Shown here: in pieces, positions 18,470-30,900 of the stretch
Layout of the letters: the number at the start of each line of letters is the position of its first letter
Position numbering within the stretch: position 1 is the stretch's first letter
NCBI GenBank assembly: GCA_038064495.1
Contig: JBBTSZ010000002.1
Span: 480,002 to 544,001 of the forward strand
Direction: 5' to 3'
Length of the DNA: 64,000 bases
Source of the DNA: Patescibacteria group bacterium
Lineage (GTDB): Bacteria; Patescibacteriota; Minisyncoccia; Phycocordibacterales; Phycocordibacteraceae
The notes under the pieces: generated by a model
Seen by the model: only the letters and a program-made list of their open reading frames with translations
Told to the model about the DNA's origin: nothing
The model's database searches: none
Position numbers and translations under genes: made by a program

Positions 18470-19306
18470 TTAAACTTTGAGCTGTGAATCGAGATCGCCA
18501 TAGCGTTTCTTCGATAAATCCAAGTATTCTCTTTCCAAGTCTATTCCGATGAACTTTCGTCCATGCTCAGCAGCTGCTAAGCCTGTAGTTGAGCTGCCCG
18601 TGAAGGGATCGAGAACTATATCTCCAAGATTCGTGCTCGCAAGTACAATTCTGCGCAGTAAATCGAGAGGCTTCTGCGTTGGATGCTTGCCATGCTTCTT
18701 TTCGTAGGGCTTTGGAGTACCCATAGACCAGACAGAACGCATCTGAAGACCTGGCTTCTTTAGCGCATCCTCAGGCCAATGGCCTTCCTTCATGTGTTTG
18801 TAGTTGAAGATATGTTTTGCCTTTTTATCCTTACGCGCCCATATAAGTGTCTCGTGACTGGCGGTAAAGAAACGTCCACTCAGGTTTGGTGAAGCGTTCG
18901 GCTTAAACCATGCAATATCGTTGAGTATGTGATATCCGAGTGATTGCATGGCATGGCCACACTGATAGATAGAGTGGTAAGTTCCTGATACCCAAAGAGT
19001 GCCTTGAGGTTTTAGGACACGGTGACATGCCTCCATCCAGCGATAGTGGAAATTATAGTCGTCGGCAAAACCACTGCTCACATCCCAATTACCTTTGTTT
19101 ACGCTCACCCGCTTTCCTGCCTGAACACTAAAGCCCCCATTTGAGAGGTTGTAAGGAGGATCAGCAAATATCATGTCTATAGAATTCTCGGGAAGCTGCT
19201 CTAGCAATTTAATAGAATCACCCTGATATAGAGCGAAATTATCCTTCAGGAAATAGGGTTTTGTCTCAAAACTAGAGAGTATTTTTGATGGATTCCCAAC
19301 CGGCAT
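18470..19306 (-). CDS. Site-specific DNA amino-methyltransferase (beta class, DpnB-like)
   Basis: 'IFADPPY' precedes 'HPTQKP' and 'VLDPFTGSSTT'. Confidence 0.93.
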   Translation of the reverse strand: MPVGNPSKILSSFETKPYFLKDNFALYQGDSIKLLEQLPENSIDMIFADPPYNLSNGGFSVQAGKRVSVNKGNWDVSSGFADDYNFHYRWMEACHRVLKPQGTLWVSGTYHSIYQCGHAMQSLGYHILNDIAWFKPNASPNLSGRFFTASHETLIWARKDKKAKHIFNYKHMKEGHWPEDALKKPGLQMRSVWSMGTPKPYEKKHGKHPTQKPLDLLRRIVLASTNLGDIVLDPFTGSSTTGLAAAEHGRKFIGIDLEREYLDLSKKRYGDLDSQLKV

Positions 19307-19376
19307 TAGTTCAGTATATCAGTGACCTATTCCAGTCACTATTTCCTACCCACTACTAGATCTGAAGAAGGCTCGG

Positions 19377-19538
19377 GGTTTGCGTTTCGGGAGACTAAAC
19401 TGGAAGCAGCCGAAGGCTAGGGAGCGACTGAGAGTAATAGCTGACCGATGCTGCCGAGTGGCAGTATTACTTGATTCGGAGCGGCCATAGCCTTCGTGTC
19501 GCCCTGGAATGCCGAGGCTGTCTCCCGAAACGCAAACC
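19377..19538. repeat. 162-bp rod-shaped imperfect palindrome (ncRNA- or MITE-like)
   Basis: Perfect 19-bp IR GGTTTGCGTTTCGGGAGAC / GTCTCCCGAAACGCAAACC, with inner stems CGAAGGCTA / TAGCCTTCG and AGTAATA / TATTACT. Confidence 0.7.
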
Positions 19539-19607
19539 AAAAGAACTTAGGCGTGCTAACGCCGGTTAAAGCAAAAAACACCCTGGGAGGGTATTTTTTG
19601 GTCGTCG

Positions 19608-20111
19608 CTATAGCAATTTGTCCTGAAAACTGCCGATTGCATCAAGCAGTTTGTTGGTTCGATTTTCGTTCAGGGCCATAATGTTTTTCCCTTCTTCGAT
19701 AACCTCTCTCTTAATGCATCCATCCATGAAGTCAGTGAAGAGTCTGAAGTCTTGTTCTTTAATGAATCCAGGAAATTGCTCAAATAAAGATCTGATATTG
19801 TCGCGATGCTCTATCCACTTAATGGTAAGAGGTGACATATGCTTTTGCATTAGATCAATCCTTACTTCAACATTCCTCCATTCTTCGATATCCTTTGAAA
19901 CTTCTTCTCGATTTTCTACTAACAACTTCATCACTAGGAGATGGAACTTGAGTGGGCCATAGAGCTTTTCATAACGCATATCCTCTCTGGTGCGATCTGA
20001 TAGGCGCCAGCTAATAACTCCAGAGAATAATGCAGACAAAAGACTTGAGCCAAGAATGATAGTGGCGATTGCCGTCCAAGGAATACCCTGAAGCAGAGTT
20101 GTGGTCTCCAT
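19608..20111 (-). CDS. Hypothetical protein with an N-terminal TM
   Basis: 167-aa AT-rich ORF 13 nt after rpoD; terminator at 19572-19600. Confidence 0.7.
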   Translation of the reverse strand: METTTLLQGIPWTAIATIILGSSLLSALFSGVISWRLSDRTREDMRYEKLYGPLKFHLLVMKLLVENREEVSKDIEEWRNVEVRIDLMQKHMSPLTIKWIEHRDNIRSLFEQFPGFIKEQDFRLFTDFMDGCIKREVIEEGKNIMALNENRTNKLLDAIGSFQDKLL

Positions 20112-20123
20112 TGAAATCCTTTA

Positions 20124-21515
20124 TTAATAACTCTTCAAACGTCGGGACTTATCATGAGTTCGAATCTTCTCAAGCGCCTTTGCCTCGATTTGGCGAATAC
20201 GTTCCCTCGTCACCCCAAACTCTTTCCCTACCTCCTCAAGCGTATGGTACACACCGTCCAAAAGGCCGTGGCGCATTTCTAGAATCTTACGCTCCTTTGG
20301 TGAAAGGTCATCAAGAATGTCCCGAACCTGCTCACCAAGAATGCGCTCTGAAGACTCCTGCACTGGCGACGGAATTTTGTCGTCTGCAATAAAGTCACCA
20401 AGCGTGGACTTCTCATCATCATCACTACCGATAGGGTTCTCAAGCGAGAGTGTATCCTGATTGATTTTCTCAATCTGGTAAATCTTATCTACTTCAACAC
20501 CCATTTCAACCGCAATCTCCTCTGGCTGAGGATCACGTCCAAGGGCCTGAGCAAGACGACGACTCACCTGCTTATATTTTGCAATGGTTTCCACCATGTG
20601 CACGGGGATACGAATGGTGCGGGACTGGTCTGCGAGCGCACGAGTGATGGCCTGGCGAATCCACCAGGTCGCATAGGTTGAGAACTTGTACCCTTTCTTC
20701 CAGTCGAACTTGTCCACGGCCTTGAAGAGACCGAGATTTCCTTCCTGAATAAGGTCCAAAAGCGTAAGGTCCGGAGAGCGACCCACATACTTCTTTGCGA
20801 TAGATACCACGAGGCGGAGGTTGGAACGGGCAAGAATGTTGCGTGCTTCATCGTCACCAGCATCAATGCGCTTTGCAAGCTCGCGCTCTTCTGATGCAGT
20901 TAGGAGTGGATACTGACCAATTTCACGAAGATAAATCTGAATGGAGTCGTAGCTGGAAGAATCACGACCCTTGATGTTACGGGTTGCTAGGTACTGGTCA
21001 GCATTGTCTTCAAGCATGCCGCCCTCAAGGATGTCGATGCCGGCAACCGTAAAGCGTTCATAGAGTTCGTCCAAAAACTGCACGTCGTCTTCAACGTGTG
21101 GGAACTCTTTCAAAATCTCGCTGTAGGTAACGTAGCCACGTGTCTTACCCTTTTGGATAAGAAGCTCTGCTTTGTCAGCCTTGCCTGCAGCTGCCTTTGC
21201 TTTTGCTCCTGAGACAGCGGCACGAACAACGGCCTTTGCGCGAGTAGAGACGGACGCCTTTTTAACCGCCTTCTTCGCAGTCTTCTTCGCAACCTTCTTC
21301 GCAACCTTCTTCACCTTCTTTGCTTTCTTGGCCGCCTTCTTCGGTGTCTTCTTAACCGTTTTCTTTACTGCCTTTTTCGCTTTCTTAGGCGCACTCTTCT
21401 TCACCGCTTTCTTCGGCGCTGTTTTCTTCTTCGCACTCTTACCGGCGGTCTTCTTCCCCCTCGTCAGGGACCCAGATGCTTTGACCACCTTTTTAGCCTT
21501 CTTTTTTGTTGCCAT
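20124..21515 (-). CDS. rpoD: Primary sigma factor with a Lys/Ala-rich N-terminal extension
   Basis: 'YLREIG', '[12 protein letters not shown]', '[10 protein letters not shown]', '[14 protein letters not shown]', 'TRERIRQIE'. Confidence 0.97.
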   Translation of the reverse strand: MATKKKAKKVVKASGSLTRGKKTAGKSAKKKTAPKKAVKKSAPKKAKKAVKKTVKKTPKKAAKKAKKVKKVAKKVAKKTAKKAVKKASVSTRAKAVVRAAVSGAKAKAAAGKADKAELLIQKGKTRGYVTYSEILKEFPHVEDDVQFLDELYERFTVAGIDILEGGMLEDNADQYLATRNIKGRDSSSYDSIQIYLREIGQYPLLTASEERELAKRIDAGDDEARNILARSNLRLVVSIAKKYVGRSPDLTLLDLIQEGNLGLFKAVDKFDWKKGYKFSTYATWWIRQAITRALADQSRTIRIPVHMVETIAKYKQVSRRLAQALGRDPQPEEIAVEMGVEVDKIYQIEKINQDTLSLENPIGSDDDEKSTLGDFIADDKIPSPVQESSERILGEQVRDILDDLSPKERKILEMRHGLLDGVYHTLEEVGKEFGVTRERIRQIEAKALEKIRTHDKSRRLKSY

Positions 21516-21557
21516 ACGTATGTTTACTAAATGAAAATAGAGAACGCGCCCTGTGAG

Positions 21558-23240
21558 TTATCCGAGCGTTGCGAGTTTGCGGGAAAGTTCCTGACATTCT
21601 GTTGCAACCTCTTTACTGAGGTCACTGTTGCCTGAAGCTTCGGCAAGTCGGAGGCGATGGGTTGCCTCGTTCAACTTGTCGCTTAACACTATTTTTTCAA
21701 ATGCTCGTAATGAATCGTCTGCTGCCCCTTCCGGAGGCGTCTCCCCGTAGGAAAGTCCCGCCTCAAATAGCCAGCGTTCTTCCGGTGCTGTTTCCGGGAA
21801 CGGTGTGCCGTTAATACGAATATACTCAATTTCTATGCGTTTAGCAAGGTCTGTCGACGGGTAGGAGGCCCAGACAGCGTGTAAAAGTGCTGATTGGCGA
21901 TCCTTGGAATTGAGTGCGCTTGAAGCAACGGAAGGCCGGCCCTGAGCTGGTGCAGACGCCGGTGTTTCCCTTCCGGCTTTCGGGATACTGGCACGGATGG
22001 CGTCGGCGGTGGAGCCAAGCGCACGCGCCACAATACCCACAAAGTGCTCGCGCTCCATCGGGCTTTGAACGGCAGCCACGAGTGGTAGAACGATTTTCTC
22101 AGTCGAAAGCACGAGCTTGTGCTGGTCGAGCCCAGCGCGCGTAAGCACGGCTAGGAAGAATTCCACAATGGACTCCGCGTCAGCAATCAACTTGGTGAGT
22201 GCTTTCGGGTCTTCTTTAGCAATATCTGCTGGGTCTTTTCCAGCGGGCATTTTCACCGCCTTCACTTTCATCCCAGACTGGAGGGCAACGATGGCACTCT
22301 TCTGACTTGCAGCGAGACCGGCGCGGTCACTATCAAGTGCGAGCATGAGATTGTCCGCGTAGCGCTTCATGAGTCCGAGATGTTCCTTGGAGAGCGCGGT
22401 ACCGGAGAGTGCCACGGTGTTGTTGAAGCCAATCTGATGCAACAGCAACAAGTCCATCTGCCCTTCCACGAGAACCGTGAATCCACGGGTACGCACAGCA
22501 TCCTTTGCCTTATCCATACCAAACAAGACTTCGTGCTTTTTGTAGAGCTCGGTTTCAGGACTGTTCAGATATTTTGCTTGGTCGTTTGGATCAAGTGCAC
22601 GCCCGGTGAACGCAACCGTGCGGCCTGCGGAATCCCGAATCGGGAACATGAGGCGGTTACGGAATCGGTCGTACCAGGTGCCCGCCTTCCCGTCTGCTTC
22701 TTTGATAAGACCTGCATCAAGCAGCTCCCGCTGAGTGAAGCCGTCCTTGGTGAGTGTTTCAAGGAGTTCGCGCCAATTGTCGGGAGCATAGCCAATCCCC
22801 CAGTCGTGAATGGTTTGCGGTGTGAGACCACGGGAAAGCGCGTATTCGTATGCCGGAGAATGCTCGGTGAGATTACGAACGTAAAAGGCTTCAGCACGAC
22901 TCATGGCTTCACGGATGCGGTCTAATTTCCCTTTATTCTCTGAACCTCTCCCATCGTAGACAATCTCTACTCCAGCTTTCTCCGCAAGCACCTTGAGAGC
23001 TCCCTTAAAATCCACGCCCTCCATCTTTTCAATGAACGTGAAAATATCTCCACCTTGTGAGGTACTAAAGCAGTAGTAACTGCCACGGTCCACGTTCACA
23101 AAGAATGACGGGGTCTTTTCCTTGGTGAAGGGTGAGAGGCCACGCCAGTATTTGCCACTTTTGGTGAGCTTCACGTAAGGCGATACCACGTCCAAGATGG
23201 AGAGTTTTCCTTTTACTTTCTCTACGGTGTCGGTCGCCAT
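21558..23240 (-). CDS. dnaG: DNA primase
   Basis: 'SPFTKEKTPSF', 'DRFRNRLMFPI', 'KYLNSPET', TOPRIM 'VEGQMD..LDSDRAG', 'KDPAD'. Confidence 0.96.
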   Translation of the reverse strand: MATDTVEKVKGKLSILDVVSPYVKLTKSGKYWRGLSPFTKEKTPSFFVNVDRGSYYCFSTSQGGDIFTFIEKMEGVDFKGALKVLAEKAGVEIVYDGRGSENKGKLDRIREAMSRAEAFYVRNLTEHSPAYEYALSRGLTPQTIHDWGIGYAPDNWRELLETLTKDGFTQRELLDAGLIKEADGKAGTWYDRFRNRLMFPIRDSAGRTVAFTGRALDPNDQAKYLNSPETELYKKHEVLFGMDKAKDAVRTRGFTVLVEGQMDLLLLHQIGFNNTVALSGTALSKEHLGLMKRYADNLMLALDSDRAGLAASQKSAIVALQSGMKVKAVKMPAGKDPADIAKEDPKALTKLIADAESIVEFFLAVLTRAGLDQHKLVLSTEKIVLPLVAAVQSPMEREHFVGIVARALGSTADAIRASIPKAGRETPASAPAQGRPSVASSALNSKDRQSALLHAVWASYPSTDLAKRIEIEYIRINGTPFPETAPEERWLFEAGLSYGETPPEGAADDSLRAFEKIVLSDKLNEATHRLRLAEASGNSDLSKEVATECQELSRKLATLG

Positions 23241-23344
23241 TTCCCTTCAGTTTACTTCTTTACTCGCACTTACCGTAGACTTGACAAATACTCTTAATGG
23301 TGTATTATTATAAATAGGCAATTCCTGCCATTGAGGATAGTTCT

Positions 23345-23608
23345 ATGGAGAAAGTAGAGTATGAAGATTTGAGTGTGGGTCTAGGAATCGTTGCTCTTGT
23401 CAGTGGATGCTTTGGTCTCGTTATTGACCTCATGCTCATCCTGGAATTCTTTGGGCTTCTGGACAGTTCCAATGACTTATACACTGACATGTCCACGACG
23501 GACTACACAATAATCGGTATCGGACTTACCGTCCTCGCTGCAGTCGCACTTCCGCTTTCGATACATCTCGGCAAACTTGCTGATGCATCTGCGGAGAAGC
23601 CGCAATAG
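23345..23608 (+). CDS. Small 2-TM hypothetical protein
   Basis: TTGACA-N16-TATTAT (23281-23308), GAGGA SD, terminator after the stop. Confidence 0.65.
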   Translation: MEKVEYEDLSVGLGIVALVSGCFGLVIDLMLILEFFGLLDSSNDLYTDMSTTDYTIIGIGLTVLAAVALPLSIHLGKLADASAEKPQ

Positions 23609-23770
23609 CTTGACCGTCCGAAGGAACCCCCGGAGATATTTCTCTCCCTTCCTTCGGGCGGTTTTTATATTGGGCTGATTTGACTTTCGTGGAAAATAGT
23701 TTATTATGATACTAGCTTAGATCTTTTCATCATGATTTGAGTACGAATTCATCACCACAAGGGGTATCTA

Positions 23771-23977
23771 ATGGTAGTTACACATCAATCAATTCTCACG
23801 GTGCATGAAGCACTAGAGATGGCTCGCATCTCGCTTGTCATATCGTTCGCAGTTTTCATCGTCGTCTTCCTTGTGGAAGTCGCTGAGAAAAGGACCTTGC
23901 GGCGTTCCGCCGATCTTGCACTTATTCCCTTCATTCTTTGTTTCATTATCACGATTGTGGCTCAAATGAACAGATGA
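23771..23977 (+). CDS. Small 2-TM hypothetical protein
   Basis: TTGACT..TATTAT promoter (23680-23707), AAGGGG SD, hairpin CGGCCCGC..GCGGGCCG followed by a T tract. Confidence 0.6.
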   Translation: MVVTHQSILTVHEALEMARISLVISFAVFIVVFLVEVAEKRTLRRSADLALIPFILCFIITIVAQMNR

Positions 23978-24112
23978 ATCAGCACGGCCCGCCACCATTG
24001 GCGGGCCGTTTTATATGCAAAACAAAATCCCACGCCTTAGCGCGGGATTTGTTGCTTCTTGCGGAAGCGGAGCCTCCATACTCTATAAGACGAGTTAAAC
24101 TCAAAACTCTTA

Positions 24113-24150
24113 CAAAGAAAACACTCACCGGGTGGTGAGTGTTTTCTTTG
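24113..24150 (-). terminator. Intrinsic terminator of rpoBC
   Basis: CAAAGAAAACACTCACC-GGGT-GGTGAGTGTTTTCTTTG. Confidence 0.75.
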
Positions 24151-24188
24151 TTCTTTGAATCTGTGAGTGAGGTCTTTAGTCCACGAAC

Positions 24189-27100
24189 CTACGCTTTTGC
24201 TTCTTCTAGAGCACGTTCCGCTGCCAAATCTGCAGCATCGTTCTCAGCAGAGATGCGCGCGCTACGATTCTTCTGCAGTTCCGTAATCGCAATGTGCTTC
24301 TTACTGTCGGCAAAGCCAGTACCAGCAGGGATGAGGCGTCCAAGAATAACGTTCTCCTTCAGACCACGAAGGGTGTCCACGGAGCCCTTAAGAGCTGCGT
24401 TAATGAGAATCTTTGTTGTCTGCTCGAAGGACGCCGCAGAAAGGAATGAGCGACGTGAGAGTGCTGATTCCTTAATACCGAGAACCATCTCGCGTACCTT
24501 CGGTGCAATCTTGCCGTCCTCTTCCATGAGCTTCTTCTCTTCCTCAAACTCCCAGTGTTCAACCACGTCACCCACTGACCACTCAGAGTCTCCAGTGTCC
24601 GTGACTTTCGCGCGACTGAACATCTGCTTCACGATAACTTCAAGGTGCTTACGAGATACGGATGCACCCTGGAGTTCGTAAATCTTAGAAGTCTCAGCAA
24701 TGATGTATTCCTGCACCATGGCGCGACCGGCGTGCTCGAAGAGCTCATCGAGGTCGGCAGAACCGTCCGTGAGAAGCTGGCCCTTTACGACCTTGTCGCC
24801 CACCTTTACGAGTGCCATACGAGGGAAGGGCGCAGTGTATTCCGTTGCGGAACCATCCTTCTTGCCCTGCCCTGCTTCAGGTGTGACGACGAGCACCTTC
24901 TCACGAGCTTCCTCGCGAATGTCGGTAACAAGACCGTCAAACTTGGAGACCACTGCTGGATTCTTTGGTGAGCGCTTCTCAAGCACTTCCTCAACACGAG
25001 GAAGACCTGAGGTAATGTCTCCACCGACGGATGCGGTTCCTCCTGCGTGGAAGGTACGCATCGTGAGCTGCGTACCTGGCTCACCGATAGCCTGAGCTGC
25101 AATCGTACCGACTGCCTCGCCGAGGTCTACCACTTCCTGTGACGTGAGGTCCATGCCGTAACACGCCGCACAGATTCCGTAGCGCGTTTCGCAGGACATT
25201 GGTGAGCGAACCTGGATACTCTGGATGCTTTCCTCAGCTGCAATCGCGCGAGCGTCGTCAGCGATCATGTAATGGTTCTTCTTGAAGGTCTTGCCTCCTG
25301 CCACGACGTCAGCTGAAAGCGTGCGTCCACGAATGGCTTCAGCAAAATCAATCTTGATACCAGAAGCACTGATGCGATTGATTGAGATGCCACGCTTCGT
25401 CGCACAGTCATGCTGCGTGATGATGGAGTCCTGTGCAGTGTCAAACAGACGACGCGTGAGATATCCAGCGCGCGCGGTACCGAGCGCGGTGTCCGTGAGA
25501 CCCTTACGAGCACCGTGAGTACTCATGAAGTATTCAACCGGGTTCAAACCTTCTGTCATGGAAGACACAATCGGCACTTCAATCGTCTCACCGGCAGTGT
25601 TCTGAATGAGTCCCTTCATACCGGCCATCTGCGTCAAGTTTCCGATGGAACCGCGAGCACCCGAGCGCACCATGTCGGCGACTGAACCCATCGGGTCAAG
25701 CGCTTTTTCCACGAGTGTTTCCACCTCGGTCTTCGTGCCGTGCCAGATTTCAATCACCATGCGGCGTTTCTCATCTGCGGAGAGAAGTCCGTCACGGTAA
25801 TCACTTTCAATCTTGTGCACCTTTTCGCGAGCAGCCGTGATGATTTTATCCTTTCCTTCTGGAACGGATACATCGTCCAAACTCCATGAAACACCGGACT
25901 TGGTCGCATACTCAAAGCCGAAGCGCTTAATCTTGTTTACAATTCCCGGAATCGCATCAAGGCCATACTTGATGGTGCTGTCGCTCATGATAGCGGAGAG
26001 CACCTTCTTAGAAATGGCATCGTTCACGTACGGGTAATCAGACGGAAGGACTGTGTTGAACAAGAGACGACCAACCGTGGTCTCAAAGATTTTGCCGTCA
26101 AACTGTGCGTACTTCTCCTTGTCAGCCGTTGGCATGACATGAATCTTTGCGCGGAGGTCTACGGCACGATACTCGTACGCGAGGATGGCTGCGTTTGGTG
26201 ACTGGAAGTACTTTCCTTCGCCAAGCGCTCCTGGCACTTCCTTCGTGAGCCAGTACGTACCAAGAACGATATCAAGTGGCTTCTGGATCATGACAATCAT
26301 TTCTCCTGAACCTGGCTTTAAGATGTTCTTGTTGGCACTCATCACGTTCTTTGCCTCCCACTGTGCTTCGTCAGAAAGTGGTACGTGAATAGCCATCTGG
26401 TCTCCATCGAAGTCTGCGTTGAACGCTGGGCAAACGAGTGGGTGGAGCTGAATCGCGTCTCCTTCAATAAGGCGAGGGCGGAAGGCCTGGATACCCTGAC
26501 GGTGAAGCGTTGGTGCGCGGTTCAAGAGAACGTACTTACCATCAATCGCCTCTTCAAGGATTTCCCATACTTCAGGTACCCCGTCTTCAATCAAGCGACC
26601 TGCGCCGCGGATGTTGAAGGCGAGCTCGCGCTCAAGGAGGCCTGCAATAACGAATGGGCGGAAGAGCTCAAGCGCCATATGCTTTGGAAGACCACACTCG
26701 TCGAGTTCAAGATCAGGACCCACCACAATCACCGAGCGACCGGAATAGTCCACGCGCTTACCGAGGAGGTTCTGGCGGAAGTAACCCTGCTTACCCTTTA
26801 GGTAGTCAGCGAGACTCTTCAAAGGACGACGTTGTGCGGGTGTGAGTGCTCCTGCGTTCGCACCTGACTTTCTAATGGAGTTATCAAGGAGTGCGTCAAC
26901 CGCTTCCTGGAGAATACGTTTCTCGTTGCGAAGAATAACTTCTGGAGCATGAATATCGAGAAGCTTCTTCAGGCGGTTGTTGCGGTTAATCACACGACGA
27001 TAGAGGTCGTTCACGTCGCTGGTTGCATGCCTGCCACCTTCAAGGGCAACCATCGGGCGAAGTGCTGGCGGGATAACCGGAATCTTCGTCATGAACATCC

Positions 27101-27953
27101 ATTCAGGACGCGTCTTTGCGGCAATCATGTTTGAGATGAGTGCGATGCGCTTGGCGAGCTTCTCACGCTCTGCTGCAGGAGCGTTTGGATAACGCTCTTC
27201 ACACTTTGCCTTCAATTCTGGAAGGTCCATCTTGCGGAAGATGTCGTAAATAGCTTCTGCGCCTATCTTTGCCTCAAAGAGAGTTCCGAAACGAACGCTG
27301 AAGCGATGGTACGCAACCTCGTCAAACACGCGACCAACAACCACAGAATCAATCTCCTGCTTTGCGACCGTCATGCGCTCCTTGAGTGCATCACGTTCCT
27401 TGTCGTCATTCAGTGCCTTGTGCTTGGTCTTGTACTCCGTTTCAAGTTCGTTGAGGAGACGCTTCTTGGTGTCTTCCTGTACTTTCGTGACAATGTAGCC
27501 CGCGAAGTAAATAACTTTCTCAAGGTCAGCAGCTGGAACTCCAAGGAGGAGTGCCATACGGCTCGGCATAGAGCGAAGGAACCAGATGTGTGCTACCGGT
27601 GAGACGAGCTCAATGTGGCCCATGCGCTCACGACGAACGATGGAGCGCGTGATTTCCACGCCACATTTGTCACAGGTGATGCCCTTGTAGCGGATACCTT
27701 TGTACTTACCGCAGTAACACTCGTAGTCGCGCTCAGGACCAAAGATCTTTTCATCAAAGAGTCCATGCTTTTCAGAGCGCTGAGTGCGGTAGTTGATGGT
27801 TTCCGGCTTGGTGATTTCACCACGACTCCAACTGAGAATACGCTCAGGAGACGCGAGTGAAAGACGAAGTGCATTCCAGTCTTGGCGCGGGGCGTTGCGG
27901 TGTGCTGCCATACTTGGCATCGACTTCTTTCCGTAGGTGTTTGGTGTAGACAT
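24189..27953 (-). CDS. rpoC: RNA polymerase beta' subunit
   Basis: 'KPETINYRT', '[14 protein letters not shown]', '[10 protein letters not shown]', '[13 protein letters not shown]'. Confidence 0.99.
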   Translation of the reverse strand: MSTPNTYGKKSMPSMAAHRNAPRQDWNALRLSLASPERILSWSRGEITKPETINYRTQRSEKHGLFDEKIFGPERDYECYCGKYKGIRYKGITCDKCGVEITRSIVRRERMGHIELVSPVAHIWFLRSMPSRMALLLGVPAADLEKVIYFAGYIVTKVQEDTKKRLLNELETEYKTKHKALNDDKERDALKERMTVAKQEIDSVVVGRVFDEVAYHRFSVRFGTLFEAKIGAEAIYDIFRKMDLPELKAKCEERYPNAPAAEREKLAKRIALISNMIAAKTRPEWMFMTKIPVIPPALRPMVALEGGRHATSDVNDLYRRVINRNNRLKKLLDIHAPEVILRNEKRILQEAVDALLDNSIRKSGANAGALTPAQRRPLKSLADYLKGKQGYFRQNLLGKRVDYSGRSVIVVGPDLELDECGLPKHMALELFRPFVIAGLLERELAFNIRGAGRLIEDGVPEVWEILEEAIDGKYVLLNRAPTLHRQGIQAFRPRLIEGDAIQLHPLVCPAFNADFDGDQMAIHVPLSDEAQWEAKNVMSANKNILKPGSGEMIVMIQKPLDIVLGTYWLTKEVPGALGEGKYFQSPNAAILAYEYRAVDLRAKIHVMPTADKEKYAQFDGKIFETTVGRLLFNTVLPSDYPYVNDAISKKVLSAIMSDSTIKYGLDAIPGIVNKIKRFGFEYATKSGVSWSLDDVSVPEGKDKIITAAREKVHKIESDYRDGLLSADEKRRMVIEIWHGTKTEVETLVEKALDPMGSVADMVRSGARGSIGNLTQMAGMKGLIQNTAGETIEVPIVSSMTEGLNPVEYFMSTHGARKGLTDTALGTARAGYLTRRLFDTAQDSIITQHDCATKRGISINRISASGIKIDFAEAIRGRTLSADVVAGGKTFKKNHYMIADDARAIAAEESIQSIQVRSPMSCETRYGICAACYGMDLTSQEVVDLGEAVGTIAAQAIGEPGTQLTMRTFHAGGTASVGGDITSGLPRVEEVLEKRSPKNPAVVSKFDGLVTDIREEAREKVLVVTPEAGQGKKDGSATEYTAPFPRMALVKVGDKVVKGQLLTDGSADLDELFEHAGRAMVQEYIIAETSKIYELQGASVSRKHLEVIVKQMFSRAKVTDTGDSEWSVGDVVEHWEFEEEKKLMEEDGKIAPKVREMVLGIKESALSRRSFLSAASFEQTTKILINAALKGSVDTLRGLKENVILGRLIPAGTGFADSKKHIAITELQKNRSARISAENDAADLAAERALEEAKA

Positions 27954-27965
27954 AAGAAGAAGAAA

Positions 27966-30900
27966 TTAGATGTCAGCGTCGATCTCCATGTCCATAGGCT
28001 CGATATCAAGCGCAAGACCGCGGATCTGGTTAGTAAGCACCGAGAAGGATGCTGGTGTACCGGCGTGAGATACCGGTTCTCCCTTCACGATGGCATCAAA
28101 GGTCGCCGAGCGGCCCTGGATGTCGTCAGACTTAATAGTGAGCATTTCCCGAAGGGTGTAGGCAGAGCCATATCCAAGGAGCGCCCACACTTCCATTTCT
28201 CCGAAACGCTGACCACCATTCTGTGCCTTTCCGCCAAGCGGCTGCTGGGTGATGAGTGAGTACGGTCCAATGGAGCGCATGTGAATCTTGTCTTCCACCA
28301 TGTGATGGAGTTTCAAGATGTACATGTACCCAACGGATACGGGCTGAGCGAATGCTTCACCTGTGAGACCGTCGTAGAGCTGCATCTTTCCAGAACGATC
28401 AAACCCGGCAAGCTCAAGCTCGTTACGGATTTCGTCAGCGGTAGCTCCTGCAAACGGCGGCACGATGGCCTGATAGTTCAAAGTGTTTGCCGCAAGTCCG
28501 AGGTGCAACTCAAGAATCTGTCCGAGGTTCATACGGCTTGGCACACCGAGTGGAGTGAGAATGAGGTCAATCGGGTTTCCGTCCTTGTCGTACGGCATGT
28601 CTGCGGCAGGAAGTACGCGAGAGATAACTCCTTTGTTACCGTGACGTCCCGCGAGCTTGTCTCCGACTGAGACGTTACGTACCTGTGCAACCGTCACGAC
28701 AATCTTCTTGATGATGCCGGTCTCAAGCTGGTCGCCCTTCTCACGAGAGAAGACGCGAACACCGATAACACGACCGCGTTTCCCTCCTTCCATGCGAAGT
28801 GAGGTGTCCTTCACGTCTTTTGCCTTGTCTCCGAAGATGGAGCGGAGGAGACGCTCTTCAGGCGTGAGCTGGGTCTCACCCTTTGGGGTGACTTTACCAA
28901 CGAGAATGTCGCCGGGTCGCACTTCAGCGCCGATGCGTACCACTCCTTCCTCGTCCAAGTTCTTCAAGCGAAGTTCTCCCACGTTTGGAATGTCGTGCGT
29001 GGTGACTTCCGGTCCAAGCTTGGTGTCGCGAACGGCACACTCAAAGTCTTCAATGTGAACCGTGGTGAACTTAGACTGCTCTACCAAACGCTCAGACACG
29101 ATGATGGCGTCCTCGTAGTTTGCGCCGTTCCAGCTCATGAAGGCAACACGAACGTTCTGTCCGAGTGCCATCTGGCCGTGGTCGGAACTGGATGCGTCAG
29201 CGAGTACATCACCCTTCTTTACCTTGTCTCCCGTGTGAACGGACGGACGCTGGTTAAAGGCTGAGTTTTGGTTGGTCTGGGTGAGGCCCTGGAGCTTGTA
29301 CTCCTTTGCCTTGCCGTCCTTGTTCGTAACGATAATCTTCTGCGCATCAGCATAGGTGACTTCACCTGCTTCAAGCGCCATGACGAGACGTCCCGTGTTT
29401 TTAGCCGCGTGGCCCTCAATACCGGTCGCAACGAGTGGTGCCTCAGGGATGAGGACTGGGGTTGCCTGCTTCTGCATGTTGGAACCCATGAGTGCACGGT
29501 TGGCATCATCATGATCCACGAATGGAATCATGGCGGTTGCTGCGGAGAACATCTGGTAGGTAGACGCGTCCATGAGCGTGATTTCATCGCGCTCCACAAC
29601 GGCTGGTTCACCTCCCTTACGTACTTCAATAGAATCCGGCACAATCTTGCCCTTTGCATCTACTGGCGTAGCTGCGTGTGCAATTGTTTCGGTTTCTTCT
29701 TCAAGTGCGTTCAAGTAACGAACTTCGTCGGTAACCACACCCTTCTTTACAACTGCGTACGGTGTTTCAATCACACCGAATTCGTTCGTGCGAGCATGGA
29801 GTGCGAGACGAAGGATGAGACCAATGTTCTGACCTTCTGGAGTGTGAATTGGGCAGAGGCGTCCGTAGTGGCTTGGATGCACGTCGCGAACTTCAAAACC
29901 TGCGCGCTCACGGGTCAAACCTCCCGGTCCAAGCGCTGACAGCGTGCGCATGTTCTCAAGTTCAGCAAGAATGTTCTGTTGGTCCATGAACTGCGAGAGC
30001 TGGTTTGCGGTGTAGAACTCGCGGACGGAAGCCTGGAACGGACGTGGGTTCACGAAGGCCATTGGAAGCGAGGTTTCGCTTTCAATGGTACTCATGCGGT
30101 CCTGGATGTTGCGCTTCATGCGGCTCATGCCGACACGCATACGAGCCTGCAGGAGCTCACCAACGAAACGAACACGACGGAAACCGAGGTGATCAATATC
30201 ATCTGGGCGTGCATTCGGGTCGGTGTTCAAGCGAGCAATTTCTCCAACGATGCGGATGAGGTCATCGAGTGTAAGGGCACGCTGATTAAGCGACTTGGTG
30301 TCGGTTGGCAGACTAAAGCGAGCATTCAAGCGGTGACGTCCTACCTTTGAGAGGTCGTAGCGCTCAGGCGTGAAGAGGGCGTTCACGTAGCTCTTTGCGT
30401 TGTCTGGGGTCGCGAGGTCGCCGTCGCGCATGCGGCGGTGAATCTCAACAAAGGAATCATCCACACTGGTCGCGGTGTCGTGCGACAGAGTGGTGGTGAT
30501 GGCGTTCGTTGCGATTTCGTTTCCGAGGAACTTCTTCAAAATGTCCTCGCGAGAACCTGCACCCATGATGGTGAGAAGATTGGTGACCGGGAACTTGCGC
30601 TTACGGTCAATCTTCACGTAGATAGCACCGTCTGCTTCTGATTCAATTTCAATCCACACACCACGCGCTGGGATAATCTTTGCACCAAACATCTGCTTTC
30701 CTTTAACTTCTTCACTGATGAAGAAGGCGCCGAAGGAACGAGCGAGCTGAGGCACGATGGCGCGCTCAACGCCAGACACGATGAATGAGCCGTGGGGCGT
30801 CATCATCGGAATGTCTGCAAGGAAGATGTCCTGCGTCTTCTCGGAGCCCATGGTCTTGTTGAGCAAGGTAACGGTTGCCTTTACGGGTGCTTCAAAGGTG

